Numbered from the stretch's first letter, positions 31,128 through 41,407 are shown. The stretch is 64,000 bases of DNA from an uncultured Acidobacteriota bacterium (GCA_963805975.1 CAWDVR010000005.1:480001-544000); one strand, 5' to 3'. Notes: generated from the letters alone by a model not told the origin. Numbers and translations: made by a program.

Positions 31128-33107
31128 CTACTCCTCCACGACCTCGATCAGCTTGTTGGTGGCGAGGCCGCTGGTTACGGTCTGCTTGCGGCCCGAGGGC
31201 CAGAGGACCTCGATCGAGTCCACGCGCTCGGCGTCGCCCAGGCCGAAGTAGAGCGGCAGGGCGCTCTGCGAGAGATAGCCTGATTTTCCGTCCTGGAACT
31301 GGGTCAGGGTCGTGCCGCCGGACTTGACCCGGACGGTGGCGCCCAGGCCGTCGCGGTTCGAGGTCGTTCCCCGGAGGCGCACCTTCACGAAACGCACGGC
31401 GCGGCGCTCGGCGAGGTCGCTCACCAGCACCTGCGGTACGTCGCCGAACTCGCTGGTGACGATGTCCACGTCGCCGTCGTCGTCGAGGTCGAAGAGCACC
31501 GAGGAGCGCGTGCCCGCGGCGCCGAACACCGTGTGGCGGCCGGTCTGGCCGGCGCAGACCCGGTGCGCGCGGTCCGCCCCGGAGCAGTCCACGTCGAACC
31601 ACGGCTTGCGCATGCCGTTCTTGCGCGGCTCGACCTCGAGGATGAACTCGCTGTCGAGAAAGGTCTTGCCGCGGTTGTTGAGCAGCAGTGAGTTCACACC
31701 GTAGCGGAAGGGGTAGTTCATGCTGGAGGCGACGAAGAGGTCCTCCCAGCCGTCGGCGTTGAGGTCGCCGGCCGAGAGACCCCAGGGCCAGAAGTTCTCG
31801 ACCCCGATGCGGTCCGAGATCTCCTCGAACTTGCCGTCGCCCAGGTTCCGGTAGAAGGAGTTGCCGAACACGTTGTTGCCGCCGCCCTGCAGGAAATCGT
31901 CCGTGAAACGCATCAGGCTCTTGGCCTTCTCGTAGCCCGGCGGCACCTCGTGGCTCATGTCCGAGTGCATGTCGGTGATGTAGAGATCGGCCAGGCCGTC
32001 GTGGTCGTAGTCGAAGAACTTGATTCCCATCGCGCCCCAGGAGGTCTTGGGAAAGCGCTCGGCCGTGCGGTCCACGAAGCGCTGGCCGCCCTGGTTCTCG
32101 AAGTAGTGGTTGTCGCCCTGCATGTTGAGCACGAAGAGGTCCGGGAAGCCGTCGCCGTTCACGTCGTGGAAGCTCGCGTCGCCGCTCCAGCTCCCGTCCT
32201 CGAGGCCCACCTTCTTGCTCACGTCCTCGAAGCGGTTGCCGCCCAGGTTGCGGTAGAGGATGTTGTAGTCGGTGCGGTCCGGGCGGAGGTGGCCGCTGAA
32301 GGCGTCGGGGTAGCCGATGTAGTAACCGCCCCGGCCTTTCGCTTCGGTGGTGTACTTGCCGACGTTGGTGAGCAGCAGGTCGAGCTTGCCGTCGCGGTCG
32401 TAGTCGAAGAACACGGCGCCCGAGGAGTGGCCGGAGAAGTCGAGGCCGGCGGCCTTGCTCACGTCTTTGAAGCGGCCCTTGCCGTCGTTCTCGAACAGCA
32501 CGTTGCCGGTGCGCACGCTGGTGACGAAGAGGTCCGGGTCGCCGTCGTTGTCCACATCGGCGAAAGAGGCGGTGACGCCGATGCGGTCGGCGAGGGCTAC
32601 CCCGGCCTCGGCGGTCACGTTCCGGAACTTGCCGGCGCCCAGGTTCTTCCACAGCTCGTTGCCGCCGAGCTGGGAGCTGAAGTAGAGGTCGATCCGACCG
32701 TCGCCGTCCACGTCCGCCGCGGCGAGCCCGTTGCCGTGGTCGTAGTGCACGGCCTTGTAGTCGCGGCCGGCGTCGTCGACGATCTGGTGCTTGAAGGTGA
32801 TGCCGCTCTCGGCCTGGCGGTCGGTGAAGCGGAAGCCGTGGAAGACCTCGAACTGCCAGAGCGTCTGGAGCTGGTTGAAGCCGCGGATGTCGAGCGTCTC
32901 GAGGTTGCTGTCCACCGGCGGCACGTAGAGGTTCTCGCCGCTGGCGGCCGAGCCCCCGCCCGGCTGAGAGAGCTGTGCGCTGGCCAGGTGGTCGTGGGCC
33001 CACGCCGCTCCCGCGACGCCCGTGGCGAGCGCGAGTGTAGAGAGCACGGCCAACGACGGCCTCGTCGCGCGAAGGCGGTACGGGCGTTGCGCTGAGTGGA
33101 GCTTCAT
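31128..33107 (-). CDS. Secreted CRTAC1-family protein (FG-GAP repeats + ASPIC/UnbV domain)
   Basis: Signal peptide, repeated D.D.DG..DL motifs, and C-terminal SNRDGLGA.V...GYLSQS..L.FGLG....V.WPSG. Confidence 0.9.
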   Translation of the reverse strand: MKLHSAQRPYRLRATRPSLAVLSTLALATGVAGAAWAHDHLASAQLSQPGGGSAASGENLYVPPVDSNLETLDIRGFNQLQTLWQFEVFHGFRFTDRQAESGITFKHQIVDDAGRDYKAVHYDHGNGLAAADVDGDGRIDLYFSSQLGGNELWKNLGAGKFRNVTAEAGVALADRIGVTASFADVDNDGDPDLFVTSVRTGNVLFENDGKGRFKDVSKAAGLDFSGHSSGAVFFDYDRDGKLDLLLTNVGKYTTEAKGRGGYYIGYPDAFSGHLRPDRTDYNILYRNLGGNRFEDVSKKVGLEDGSWSGDASFHDVNGDGFPDLFVLNMQGDNHYFENQGGQRFVDRTAERFPKTSWGAMGIKFFDYDHDGLADLYITDMHSDMSHEVPPGYEKAKSLMRFTDDFLQGGGNNVFGNSFYRNLGDGKFEEISDRIGVENFWPWGLSAGDLNADGWEDLFVASSMNYPFRYGVNSLLLNNRGKTFLDSEFILEVEPRKNGMRKPWFDVDCSGADRAHRVCAGQTGRHTVFGAAGTRSSVLFDLDDDGDVDIVTSEFGDVPQVLVSDLAERRAVRFVKVRLRGTTSNRDGLGATVRVKSGGTTLTQFQDGKSGYLSQSALPLYFGLGDAERVDSIEVLWPSGRKQTVTSGLATNKLIEVVEE

Positions 33108-33166
33108 GAATGGGTTCTCCGGTGGGATGGACGGAGCCGTGAAGCTACTACAGGCTCGACGCCGTC

Positions 33167-36100
33167 TCAAGCGTCTGGCTCGGTCACCAAGCTCTCCACG
33201 CGATAGCTCGCCTCGGCCGCTGCGACCGAGAGGGCCTGGGCGGCTGCCCGGATCTCGTCGATCCGCTCCGAGCTCGGGCCCTCGACGGCTGCCCAAGTGA
33301 GCAGGCGCTCGAAGGACTCTCGGTGGAAGTAGGTCCAGCCCTCGAAGCGGTTGAGGCGCAGGGCGAGGCGCATGTCCGGCTCGCCGAACCATGCCGACCA
33401 GGCCGCCGGTGCGCTCACTCGAAGGGGCGGCAGAAGACCGGCGACCAGCACCTTGAGCTCGAGCAGGGCATCGCGGGCCGGCTCCTCGCCGGCTCCCAAG
33501 CCCTGGAACGAGGCGAGGAGCTGCTTGCCGAGCAGCAGGTCGTCGAGCAGGTCGCGGGACGATACGACGGTGCCGGCGATCGCGGGAACCTCACCCAGGC
33601 GGCGGAGGAGGAACCACGCGTAGAGCACCGCCAGCGCGGGTACGGCTCCGTCGGCCGGTTCGGCGGTGAGAAAAGCGCGAGGGTCGAAGTCAGCCTGCAT
33701 CTCGGCTGCCTCTGGGGCACCTTCGGCGAGGATCGGCGCCTCCTCTTCCTCCAGGTCCGAGGCCGGTGAGGCGAGCCACGCGACCACGGCCTCCAGGTCC
33801 AGGCGAGCGGCGCGGGCGAGACCGGCGAGCCCTTCAGAATCGGCCGGCGGCTCGGCGTTCGCCGGCTCCGCCGAGTTGAGCGCCTCGGTTGCCCCCTCGC
33901 TCGCCCCCTCGCTCTCACGGTGCCGCTCGAGCGCCTGGAGGAAGGCGAGGAGATGCTCCTCCACCTCGGCGAGCACCGCTACCAAGGGCTCGGCCGGGGC
34001 ACGCGAGAGGGCGGCGTCGAGGAAGCGATGGACGAGCTCCGGCTCGATCAGGGTGCGGAACGGCCCGAGCACCGCTTCGAGCGTGGGCTCGAGCAGGGCC
34101 TCGGCGAGGCTCGGCACCCCGCGCCCGGCGAGCGCCGCGGCGAGCGCGGCCCAGCGGCCGTCCAAGTCCTCGAAGATCGCCTCGAAGTCGAGAAAGACGT
34201 GGCATCCGTAGCCGCCGAGCGCCAGGAGCAGCCCGGCGCTCACGATCTCGCGCGGATCGAAGAGGTGCTCGAAGCCGGTCACGGCGTCGCGGCAGGAGAG
34301 GAGCAGCGGGCGCCTGTCCTCCGGGTCCGGTTCCTCGAGGCCCAACGTGTGCGCGAGCGTCTCCCAGCGCAGGTGCGGCCGCTCGGCGCCTTCCACTTTG
34401 AAGGCGATCGGCACCGAGCGGCGCAGGCGCCCGCTGGTCGTGCCCGGCCGGTTGTGGAAGACGACCAGGGCCCGCTCCTCGCCCAGCCGGTTGGCGTAGG
34501 CGAAGACGTCCTCGTCCACCACGCCGAGGGACTTCTCGAAATCGAAGAGCACGAAGCTAAGGGCGCCGGCGAAGAGCCGCCGCCGCTCGAGGAGCGGCAC
34601 GATCTGGCGCTCGTGGCGGGCCACGATCCAGGGGTCCGGCCGCTCGTCGCGGTAGGCGCGCGCGTACTCCATGCCGTAGCGCTCGACGAAGCCCTCGATC
34701 TGGCCGTGACCGAACATCGGCAGGCCCGGCAGGGTGGCGAGGAGGGTGGCGGCGCCGAAGTACTTGTCGCCACTCCCGAACTGGTCGATCGCCGTGCGCT
34801 CGTCCGGGTTGCTCATGAAGTTGACGTACCGTTGGAGGATTCCCGGCTCGAAGGCGAGGACGTTCTTGATCGCCTTGCGGTAGTCGGCATTGCGCTCGTC
34901 GCGAAGCAGGATCATGAACGCGCTGTTGTACACGCGGTGCATGCCGAGCGAGCGCACGAAGTAGGTTTCCATGAGCCAGAACGCCTCGGCCAGGAGCAGC
35001 GTGTCCGGCGCCTCCAGGGCCACGCGGTCCACCACCTCGCGGAAGAACTCGACCGGCATCCGGCGGTCGAACTCCTCCTCGGACAGGCCGTGCTCGGAGC
35101 GCGAGGGGATGTCGCCGCCGCTCCCCGGCGGCGGGTACCACAGCCGCCGCACGTGGCGGCGGGCGAGGGTCATGGCGGCGTCGAAGCGGATGACGGGGAA
35201 GCGCCGCGCGACGTCGAGGATGGTCTCGAGCACCGCCTCGCGCACCTCCGGCTGCAAGTAGTCGAGCTGCGCCGTGTCGTTCCACGGCGTCGAGGTGCCG
35301 TCGTTGCCGTGGTAGAGGTAGGCGATCTCTTCTTGGACGCGGTCCACCCGCTGGAAGACCACGGCGGCGTCCGTGCGGTCGTAGTAGTGGTCCTCGAGGT
35401 AGATGCCCACGTCCGGGTCGGGTGAGAGGTCCGGGCCGCCGAAGGTGTAGGCCCGAAACGGCGGCTCTGGGACCTGGAGGAAGCGCTCCGGATGCTCGAG
35501 CACCCACTCGGAGTCGATGCCGAAGTGGTTCGGCACCATGTCGCAGGCGAGGCGGAGGCCGTGCTTCAGCGCCTGCCGGCGCAGCTCGTCGAGGGCCTCC
35601 TCGCCGCCCAGCTCGGCGGCGATGGTGTAGGAGTCCACGGCGTAGGCCGAGGCCGCCGCCTCCGGGTTGCCCGTCGCCTGCTTGATCTGCCGCGAGGCGG
35701 CGCTCCTCTGCCAGAGGCCGATCAGCCACAGGCCGGTGAAGCCGCGTCGGGCCAGGAGCTCGAGCTCGCTCTCCGGGATCTCGTCGAGGCGGGTGATCGG
35801 CCGGCCGTGCGCGACCGAGAGCTGCGCCAGCCAGACCAGCGTGTTCTTGGCCATCAGCACCAGCCGCGGCATCCAGTCGAGGTCAGGGCTGAACTGTTCG
35901 GGGCCTTCGGGCTCGGGCTCCGCCTCCGGCACCTCGACCGGCCCCGGCCCCGGCGGGAAGACCGGCCGCTCCTCCTCGCGCAGCAGGTCGGCGGCGCGGA
36001 GCTGCCGTGCGGCCTGCGGCCCGGGCGGAGGCGGGGGTGCGTACTCCCGGGTGAGCAGGCGGAGCTGGCCGGAGAGCGATCGCGGTTCCTCGATGGCCGG

Positions 36101-36832
36101 CGCCTGGAGCGCCTCGAACAGGCTGCGGCGCTCCTCCGGCGGCGAGGTGGCGGTCGGCGCTTCGGGGTAGGCCGGCCGGTCGGCCAGGAACTCCTCGAGC
36201 GCGGTGATCACCTCCGGGTAGGCCGTCTCGCGCCGCAGCACGCCGTCGTCGAACAGCTCGCGGAAGGGCGCAAAGGCCGGGCTCGAGTTGGCGAGCCAGA
36301 GGATCACCAGCTCCTCGATCAGGATCTCGCGGTGGCTGCGGCCGCCGGTCTCGGCGGCGAGGTAGTCCTCGAGGGTAGCCTCGCCCGTCCACACCGCGAG
36401 CGGCGGGAACTCGCGCGCGAAAGCGAGGAGCGTCGCCTCCACGCGCTCGGGCCCCAGGCGATCGCCGATCCAGGCGAGGGCCTCCGCGAGCACGCCGCCG
36501 TCCACCTCCCGCCGGTAGTGCTCGACCATGGAGTGCAGCAGCTCGTGGACCAGGCCCAGGGCGTAGATGCGGGCCGGGGTGACGGCGAGGGCGAGGTCGC
36601 GGTCGACCTCCGAGAGCTCCGTGGCCAGCCGGTCCGCCAGGCGCCGCGCCGCCGCCACGTCCGCGAACACGGCGCCGCCGGCGAGCGAGAAGAGAGAGGA
36701 GTCGAGCCCGAAGCGCTCGCGGGCGCGGCGGGAGACGTGGAGGTCGAGACGGGGCGATCCGTGAGGAGGCGGGCCGCTGCTCGAGGTCAGCCTGATGCGA
36801 GGCAGCCAGCGGGCGGTGAGCGGCACGGTCAT
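33167..36832 (-). CDS. Large GH13 alpha-amylase-family protein
   Basis: LWLIGLW, SAYAV..Y, LACDMVPNH, WNDTAQL, IRFDAAM (nucleophile), LLAEAFW (acid/base), MSNPDE. Confidence 0.88.
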   Translation of the reverse strand: MTVPLTARWLPRIRLTSSSGPPPHGSPRLDLHVSRRARERFGLDSSLFSLAGGAVFADVAAARRLADRLATELSEVDRDLALAVTPARIYALGLVHELLHSMVEHYRREVDGGVLAEALAWIGDRLGPERVEATLLAFAREFPPLAVWTGEATLEDYLAAETGGRSHREILIEELVILWLANSSPAFAPFRELFDDGVLRRETAYPEVITALEEFLADRPAYPEAPTATSPPEERRSLFEALQAPAIEEPRSLSGQLRLLTREYAPPPPPGPQAARQLRAADLLREEERPVFPPGPGPVEVPEAEPEPEGPEQFSPDLDWMPRLVLMAKNTLVWLAQLSVAHGRPITRLDEIPESELELLARRGFTGLWLIGLWQRSAASRQIKQATGNPEAAASAYAVDSYTIAAELGGEEALDELRRQALKHGLRLACDMVPNHFGIDSEWVLEHPERFLQVPEPPFRAYTFGGPDLSPDPDVGIYLEDHYYDRTDAAVVFQRVDRVQEEIAYLYHGNDGTSTPWNDTAQLDYLQPEVREAVLETILDVARRFPVIRFDAAMTLARRHVRRLWYPPPGSGGDIPSRSEHGLSEEEFDRRMPVEFFREVVDRVALEAPDTLLLAEAFWLMETYFVRSLGMHRVYNSAFMILLRDERNADYRKAIKNVLAFEPGILQRYVNFMSNPDERTAIDQFGSGDKYFGAATLLATLPGLPMFGHGQIEGFVERYGMEYARAYRDERPDPWIVARHERQIVPLLERRRLFAGALSFVLFDFEKSLGVVDEDVFAYANRLGEERALVVFHNRPGTTSGRLRRSVPIAFKVEGAERPHLRWETLAHTLGLEEPDPEDRRPLLLSCRDAVTGFEHLFDPREIVSAGLLLALGGYGCHVFLDFEAIFEDLDGRWAALAAALAGRGVPSLAEALLEPTLEAVLGPFRTLIEPELVHRFLDAALSRAPAEPLVAVLAEVEEHLLAFLQALERHRESEGASEGATEALNSAEPANAEPPADSEGLAGLARAARLDLEAVVAWLASPASDLEEEEAPILAEGAPEAAEMQADFDPRAFLTAEPADGAVPALAVLYAWFLLRRLGEVPAIAGTVVSSRDLLDDLLLGKQLLASFQGLGAGEEPARDALLELKVLVAGLLPPLRVSAPAAWSAWFGEPDMRLALRLNRFEGWTYFHRESFERLLTWAAVEGPSSERIDEIRAAAQALSVAAAEASYRVESLVTEPDA

Positions 36833-36879
36833 GGGTGGACCGGAACGGTCGCGATTCGGATCGAGCTCTCCGTGCTCCC

Positions 36880-36975
36880 CGAGGTGCGAGTGCCCCGAGT
36901 GTCCTGGTCCGGTGCTCGAGCTCCCTGGCGGGCGGCCTGCGCTCCTCCCAGGACACTCGGGGCACTCGCACCTCG
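36880..36975. repeat. Hairpin element copy 2: perfect 28-bp inverted arms around the same 40-nt core
   Basis: Arms 36880-36907 (CGAGGTGCGAGTGCCCCGAGTGTCCTGG) and 36948-36975; core 36908-36947. Confidence 0.9.
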
Positions 36976-37065
36976 ATCCGAACAGCTACCGGCCGGGTGC
37001 CGACTACAGTATCAGGCGCTTGCTACGGTAAGATCGGTGCGGCGGGTCGCGAGGGCACTTCTGGC

Positions 37066-38118
37066 ATGGCTTCCACTCATATCGGCATCGGCATCCAAGG
37101 GTTCGGCCGCATCGGCCGGAGCCTGCTGCGCCTGCTCTACGAGCGCCATGCCGTAGAGGGGCGGGACGACCTGAGACTGCTCGCCATCGCCGATCCCGCC
37201 GATCCCAAGGCCCTCGCCTACCTCGTCCGCTTCGACACCCTGCTCGGGCGCTTCCCGGCCCCCGTCTCTCTCGATGGCAATGCTCTTCTGGTCGGCGGCC
37301 AGCCCATTCACGTCGCGAAGACGGACCAGCCCGGCCAGGTGCCGTGGGGCGAGCTGGGCGTCGACGTGGTGATCGAGGCCTCCTCCAGACCGCGGCGCCG
37401 CGCCGACCTCGAGCAGCACCTGGCGGCCGGCGCGAAACGGGTGATCCTCTGCTCGCCGCCCGCCGAGCCGCCGGACCTGACCGTGGTCGAGCCCTTGAAC
37501 GGCCACCTGCTCTCCCGCGAGCAGCGGATCGTCTCCAACGCCTCTTCCACCGCCCACTGCGCGGGGCCGGTGGCGAAGGTCCTCGCCGACGCCTTCGGCA
37601 TCGAGCGGCTGTTTCTCGCCACCGTCCACGCCTACACCGACCAGCAGCGGCTGGCCGACGTGCCGGAGAGCGACTGGCGCCGCGGGCGGGCGGCGGCCGA
37701 GAACGTGATCCCCCAGGAGACCAACGCCGGGGCGATGCTCGAAGAGCTGATCCCCGAGCTGGCCGGCCGGGTGACGGCGATGTCGATGAACGTGCCGGTG
37801 GCGAACGGCTCGCTGGTCGATCTCGTCTGCTGGCACCAGCGCGAGGTCACGGCCGGGGCGATCAACGAGGTTCTGCGCGCCGCCGCGGCGAGCGAACGCT
37901 GGCGCCGCGTGCTCGCCTTCGAGACCGAGCCCATCGTCTCCTCCGACGTGCTCGGAAGCTCCGCCTCCGCCGTCTTCGACTCGGAGGCCACCATGGTCCT
38001 CGGCGACCACGTGTCGAAGACCCTGGCCTGGTTCGACAATGCCAGCGGCTACGCGCGGCGCGTGCTGGAGCTGATCGAGCGTTTCGCCGCCCTGGACCGG
38101 GAGGGCGACACGCCGTGA
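37066..38118 (+). CDS. GAPDH-like protein lacking the catalytic cysteine
   Basis: GFGRIGR and HAYT are retained, but NASSTAHC replaces NASCTTNC. Confidence 0.85.
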   Translation: MASTHIGIGIQGFGRIGRSLLRLLYERHAVEGRDDLRLLAIADPADPKALAYLVRFDTLLGRFPAPVSLDGNALLVGGQPIHVAKTDQPGQVPWGELGVDVVIEASSRPRRRADLEQHLAAGAKRVILCSPPAEPPDLTVVEPLNGHLLSREQRIVSNASSTAHCAGPVAKVLADAFGIERLFLATVHAYTDQQRLADVPESDWRRGRAAAENVIPQETNAGAMLEELIPELAGRVTAMSMNVPVANGSLVDLVCWHQREVTAGAINEVLRAAAASERWRRVLAFETEPIVSSDVLGSSASAVFDSEATMVLGDHVSKTLAWFDNASGYARRVLELIERFAALDREGDTP

Positions 38119-39152
38119 GCGCGATCCGGATCGGCATCAACGGCTTCGGGCGCATCGGCCGGAGCGTCTTCCGTGTGCTGCACGAGGCGCGAGTCGGCCA
38201 CGGCCGCGACCGGGAAGAGGGCGCCCGGCTCGAGGTGGTGGCGATCAACGACCTGTACGAGAACGAGCAGCTCGCCTACCTCTTGGAGCACGACACGGTG
38301 ATGGGCCGCTTCGAGGGCGAGGTCGCGGCGGACGCCGAGTCGATGACCGTCGACGGCCGGCGCATCGAGATGACGGCCGAGAAAGACCCGGCGGCGATCC
38401 CGTGGAGCGCGCTGGGCGTCGACTTCGTGGTCGAGTGCACCGGCGTCTTTCGCACCCGCGAGGGCCTGGCGCGGCATCTCGCCGGCGGCGCGCGGAAGGT
38501 CGTCCTGACGGTGCCGGCCGAGGACGAGATCGACGCCATGATCGTGATCGGCGTCAACGAGCACACGCTGAGACCGGAGCACGCGCTGGTCTCGAACGCC
38601 TCCTGCACCACCAACTGCCTGTCGCCGATCGCCAAGATCCTCGACCAGGCGTTCGGCATCGAGGAAGGGCTCATCACCACCGTCCACGCCTACACCAACG
38701 ACCAGCGGCTGGCGGACGTGCCGCACAAGGACCTGCGCCGGAGCCGCGCGGCGGCGGAGAACGTGATCCCCACCACGACCGGCGCGGCGCGCGCCGTGGG
38801 CAAGGTGCTGCCCCACCTCGACGGCCGCCTGGACGGCATTGCCGTGCGCGTGCCGGTGCCGGACGGCTCGATCGTCGATCTCGTCTGCCGCGTGCGCGCC
38901 AGGCCCACCGCGGCGCAGGTCAACGCCGCCGTCCGCGCCGCCGCCGAAGGGCCGCTCGCGCGCATCGTCGAGTACAGCGAGACGCCGCTGGTGTCCTCCG
39001 ACGTGATCGGCAACCCGCACTCGTCGGTGTTCGACGCGCTCTCGACCCGCGCCACGGGCGACGGCTACCTGCGTGCCGTGGCCTGGTACGACAACGAGTG
39101 GGGCTACTCGAACCGGGTCGTGGACCTGCTCGCGCTGATGGCTAGAATGTAG
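38115..39152 (+). CDS. gap: Type I glyceraldehyde-3-phosphate dehydrogenase
   Basis: INGFGRIGR, SNASCTTNCL, HAYT, IPTTTGAA, RVP, WYDNEWGYSNR. GTGA overlap with the upstream gene. Confidence 0.95.
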   Translation: MSAIRIGINGFGRIGRSVFRVLHEARVGHGRDREEGARLEVVAINDLYENEQLAYLLEHDTVMGRFEGEVAADAESMTVDGRRIEMTAEKDPAAIPWSALGVDFVVECTGVFRTREGLARHLAGGARKVVLTVPAEDEIDAMIVIGVNEHTLRPEHALVSNASCTTNCLSPIAKILDQAFGIEEGLITTVHAYTNDQRLADVPHKDLRRSRAAAENVIPTTTGAARAVGKVLPHLDGRLDGIAVRVPVPDGSIVDLVCRVRARPTAAQVNAAVRAAAEGPLARIVEYSETPLVSSDVIGNPHSSVFDALSTRATGDGYLRAVAWYDNEWGYSNRVVDLLALMARM

Positions 39153-39200
39153 CCGACTCCCGCCTCGACCGCCGTTCGCGGAGCCCCCAGGAGATTGTCG

Positions 39201-41327
39201 ATGCCGTCATCGAAGACGCAGATCCGCGTGCCCTGCCTGCCGGTGGCCGACATCGAGCTGCCGGGCGAGGTGGCACGGCTCTACGAGCTCGCCTACAACC
39301 TGTGGTGGACCTGGAGCTCGCAGGCGCGGATGATGTTCCGCGCGATCGACCCCCACGCCTGGGAGCTCTACCGCAACCCGGTGCAGCTCCTGATCAACGT
39401 CGAGCCCTCGCACTGGCGGCCCTTGCTCGACAACCGCGAGTTCCTCTCCACCTACCGTGAGGTGCTGGCGCAGTTCGAGGACTACGTGCACCGCTCGGAG
39501 CCCACCTGGTTCGAGCGAAAATACAAGAGCTACAAGGGCGGGCCGATCGCCTACTTCTCGATGGAGTACGGCCTGCACGCCTCGCTCGCCATCTACTCGG
39601 GCGGCCTGGGTGTGCTCTCCGGGGACCACGCGAAGAGCGCCAGCGACCTGGGCTTGCCCTTCGTGGCGGTCGGCCTCGCCTACCGGCGCGGCTACTTCCA
39701 CCAGACCGTGGACGGCGAGGGCCGCCAGCAGCACACCTACCCGGAATACGACTTCGCCCGCCTGCCGCTGCGCCCGGCGGCGGACGCCACCGGCCAGGAG
39801 CTGCGGGTGAAAGTGCCGCTGCCGGGCCGCGAGGTCCAGGCCCGCGTCTGGGTGGTGGAGATCGGTCGCGTGCCGCTCCTGCTGCTCGACACCCACGTGC
39901 CCGAGAACCATCCCGCGGACCGGCCGATCACCGGCACGCTCTACGTCTCCGGCCGCGAGATGCGCCTGGTGCAGGAGCTGGTGCTGGGCGTCGGCGGCGC
40001 ACGGGCGCTCGCCGCGCTGGGGCTAAGGCCGGCCGTGTGGCACATCAACGAGGGCCACTGCGCGCTGCTGCAGCTCGAACGGCTGAGGACGGTGCCGCCC
40101 GCGGAGCTCGGCAGGGAGATGGTCTTCACCACCCACACGCCGGTGCCGGCCGGCAACGAGGCCTTCGACCGCGACCTCGCCGCCACCTATCTCGCGCCGT
40201 GGAGCGAGGAGACCGGCCTGCCGCTCGCGGATCTGCTGGCGCTCGGCGAGGCGGGGCAGAGCCCGGGGGACACCGCCTTCAACCTGACCGCGCTCGCGGT
40301 GCGCACCAGCCGCGCGGTCAATGCCGTCTCCAAGCTCAACGCCCAGGTGACGAGCCGCATGTGGGGCCACCTGCTGCCGGCCCCGAAGGAGGGGCAGGAC
40401 GCCATCTTCCCGATCACCAACGGCGTCCATCCCTCGAGCTGGGTGGGCCGCGACGTGCGCGCCCTGTTCGCGAGCTACGTCGGCAGCGACTGGCAGGAGA
40501 AGCTGCTCACCGAGGCGGCGTGGCGGCGCTTTCGCGAGGTGCCGGACGCCGAGCTGTGGGCGGCCCACCAGGAACAGAAGAGGCGGCTCGGGACCCTGAT
40601 CCGCGACCGCTGCCGCGACCAGTTCGCCCGCCACGGCCGCTCGCCCGGCGAGCTGCGCACGGTGGACGAGCTGTTCGACCCCGCGGCCCTGACCATCGCC
40701 TTCGCCCGCCGCTTCGCCACCTACAAGCGCGCCAAGCTCATCTTCTCGGACCTGGCGCGCCTCTCCACCCTGCTCTGTGACGACGACACGCCGGTGCAGC
40801 TCCTCTTCGCCGGCAAGGCCCACCCGGCCGACCAGGCCGGTCAGGCGCTGATCCAGCAGATCTTCGCCCTCTCGCAGACGCCGTCGCTCAAGGGCCGGGT
40901 GATCTTCCTCGAGGACTACGACCTGCGGGTGGGCCGCAGCCTGGTGCAGGGTGCGGACGTGTGGCTCAACACCCCGCGGCGGCCCATGGAGGCCTCCGGC
41001 ACCAGCGGCCAGAAGGCGGCGATGAACGGCGCCCTCAACCTGAGCATCCTCGACGGCTGGTGGCCGGAAGGCTTCGACGGCGAGAACGGCTGGGCGATCG
41101 AGGACGAGGTCAAGCCCAGCGAAGCGGAGCAGGATGCGGCCGACGCCGAGACCCTCTACCGCCTGCTGGAGCAGGAAGTGGTGCCCGCCTTCTACGACCG
41201 TGGCGCGGACGGCCTGCCGCACGCCTGGATCGCGCGCATGAAAGACGCCATCGCCACCATCACGCCGCGCTTTTCCTCCAACCGCATGGTGCGGGACTAT
41301 GTGGAGCGGAGCTATTTTCCGAAGTAA
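39201..41327 (+). CDS. glgP: Alpha-glucan (glycogen/maltodextrin) phosphorylase
   Basis: AYFSMEYGL, YSGGLGVL.GD, NEGH, FTTHTP, ARRFATYKR, EASGTSGQK (PLP lysine). Confidence 0.95.
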   Translation: MPSSKTQIRVPCLPVADIELPGEVARLYELAYNLWWTWSSQARMMFRAIDPHAWELYRNPVQLLINVEPSHWRPLLDNREFLSTYREVLAQFEDYVHRSEPTWFERKYKSYKGGPIAYFSMEYGLHASLAIYSGGLGVLSGDHAKSASDLGLPFVAVGLAYRRGYFHQTVDGEGRQQHTYPEYDFARLPLRPAADATGQELRVKVPLPGREVQARVWVVEIGRVPLLLLDTHVPENHPADRPITGTLYVSGREMRLVQELVLGVGGARALAALGLRPAVWHINEGHCALLQLERLRTVPPAELGREMVFTTHTPVPAGNEAFDRDLAATYLAPWSEETGLPLADLLALGEAGQSPGDTAFNLTALAVRTSRAVNAVSKLNAQVTSRMWGHLLPAPKEGQDAIFPITNGVHPSSWVGRDVRALFASYVGSDWQEKLLTEAAWRRFREVPDAELWAAHQEQKRRLGTLIRDRCRDQFARHGRSPGELRTVDELFDPAALTIAFARRFATYKRAKLIFSDLARLSTLLCDDDTPVQLLFAGKAHPADQAGQALIQQIFALSQTPSLKGRVIFLEDYDLRVGRSLVQGADVWLNTPRRPMEASGTSGQKAAMNGALNLSILDGWWPEGFDGENGWAIEDEVKPSEAEQDAADAETLYRLLEQEVVPAFYDRGADGLPHAWIARMKDAIATITPRFSSNRMVRDYVERSYFPK

Positions 41328-41407
41328 GTTTGAAAGGGTAGCGAGCGGGCTTCTGTGCAGCCCTGACTGGCTTCCCCTTCCCCACTGGCGCGGTCAGACC
41401 CCGACGG

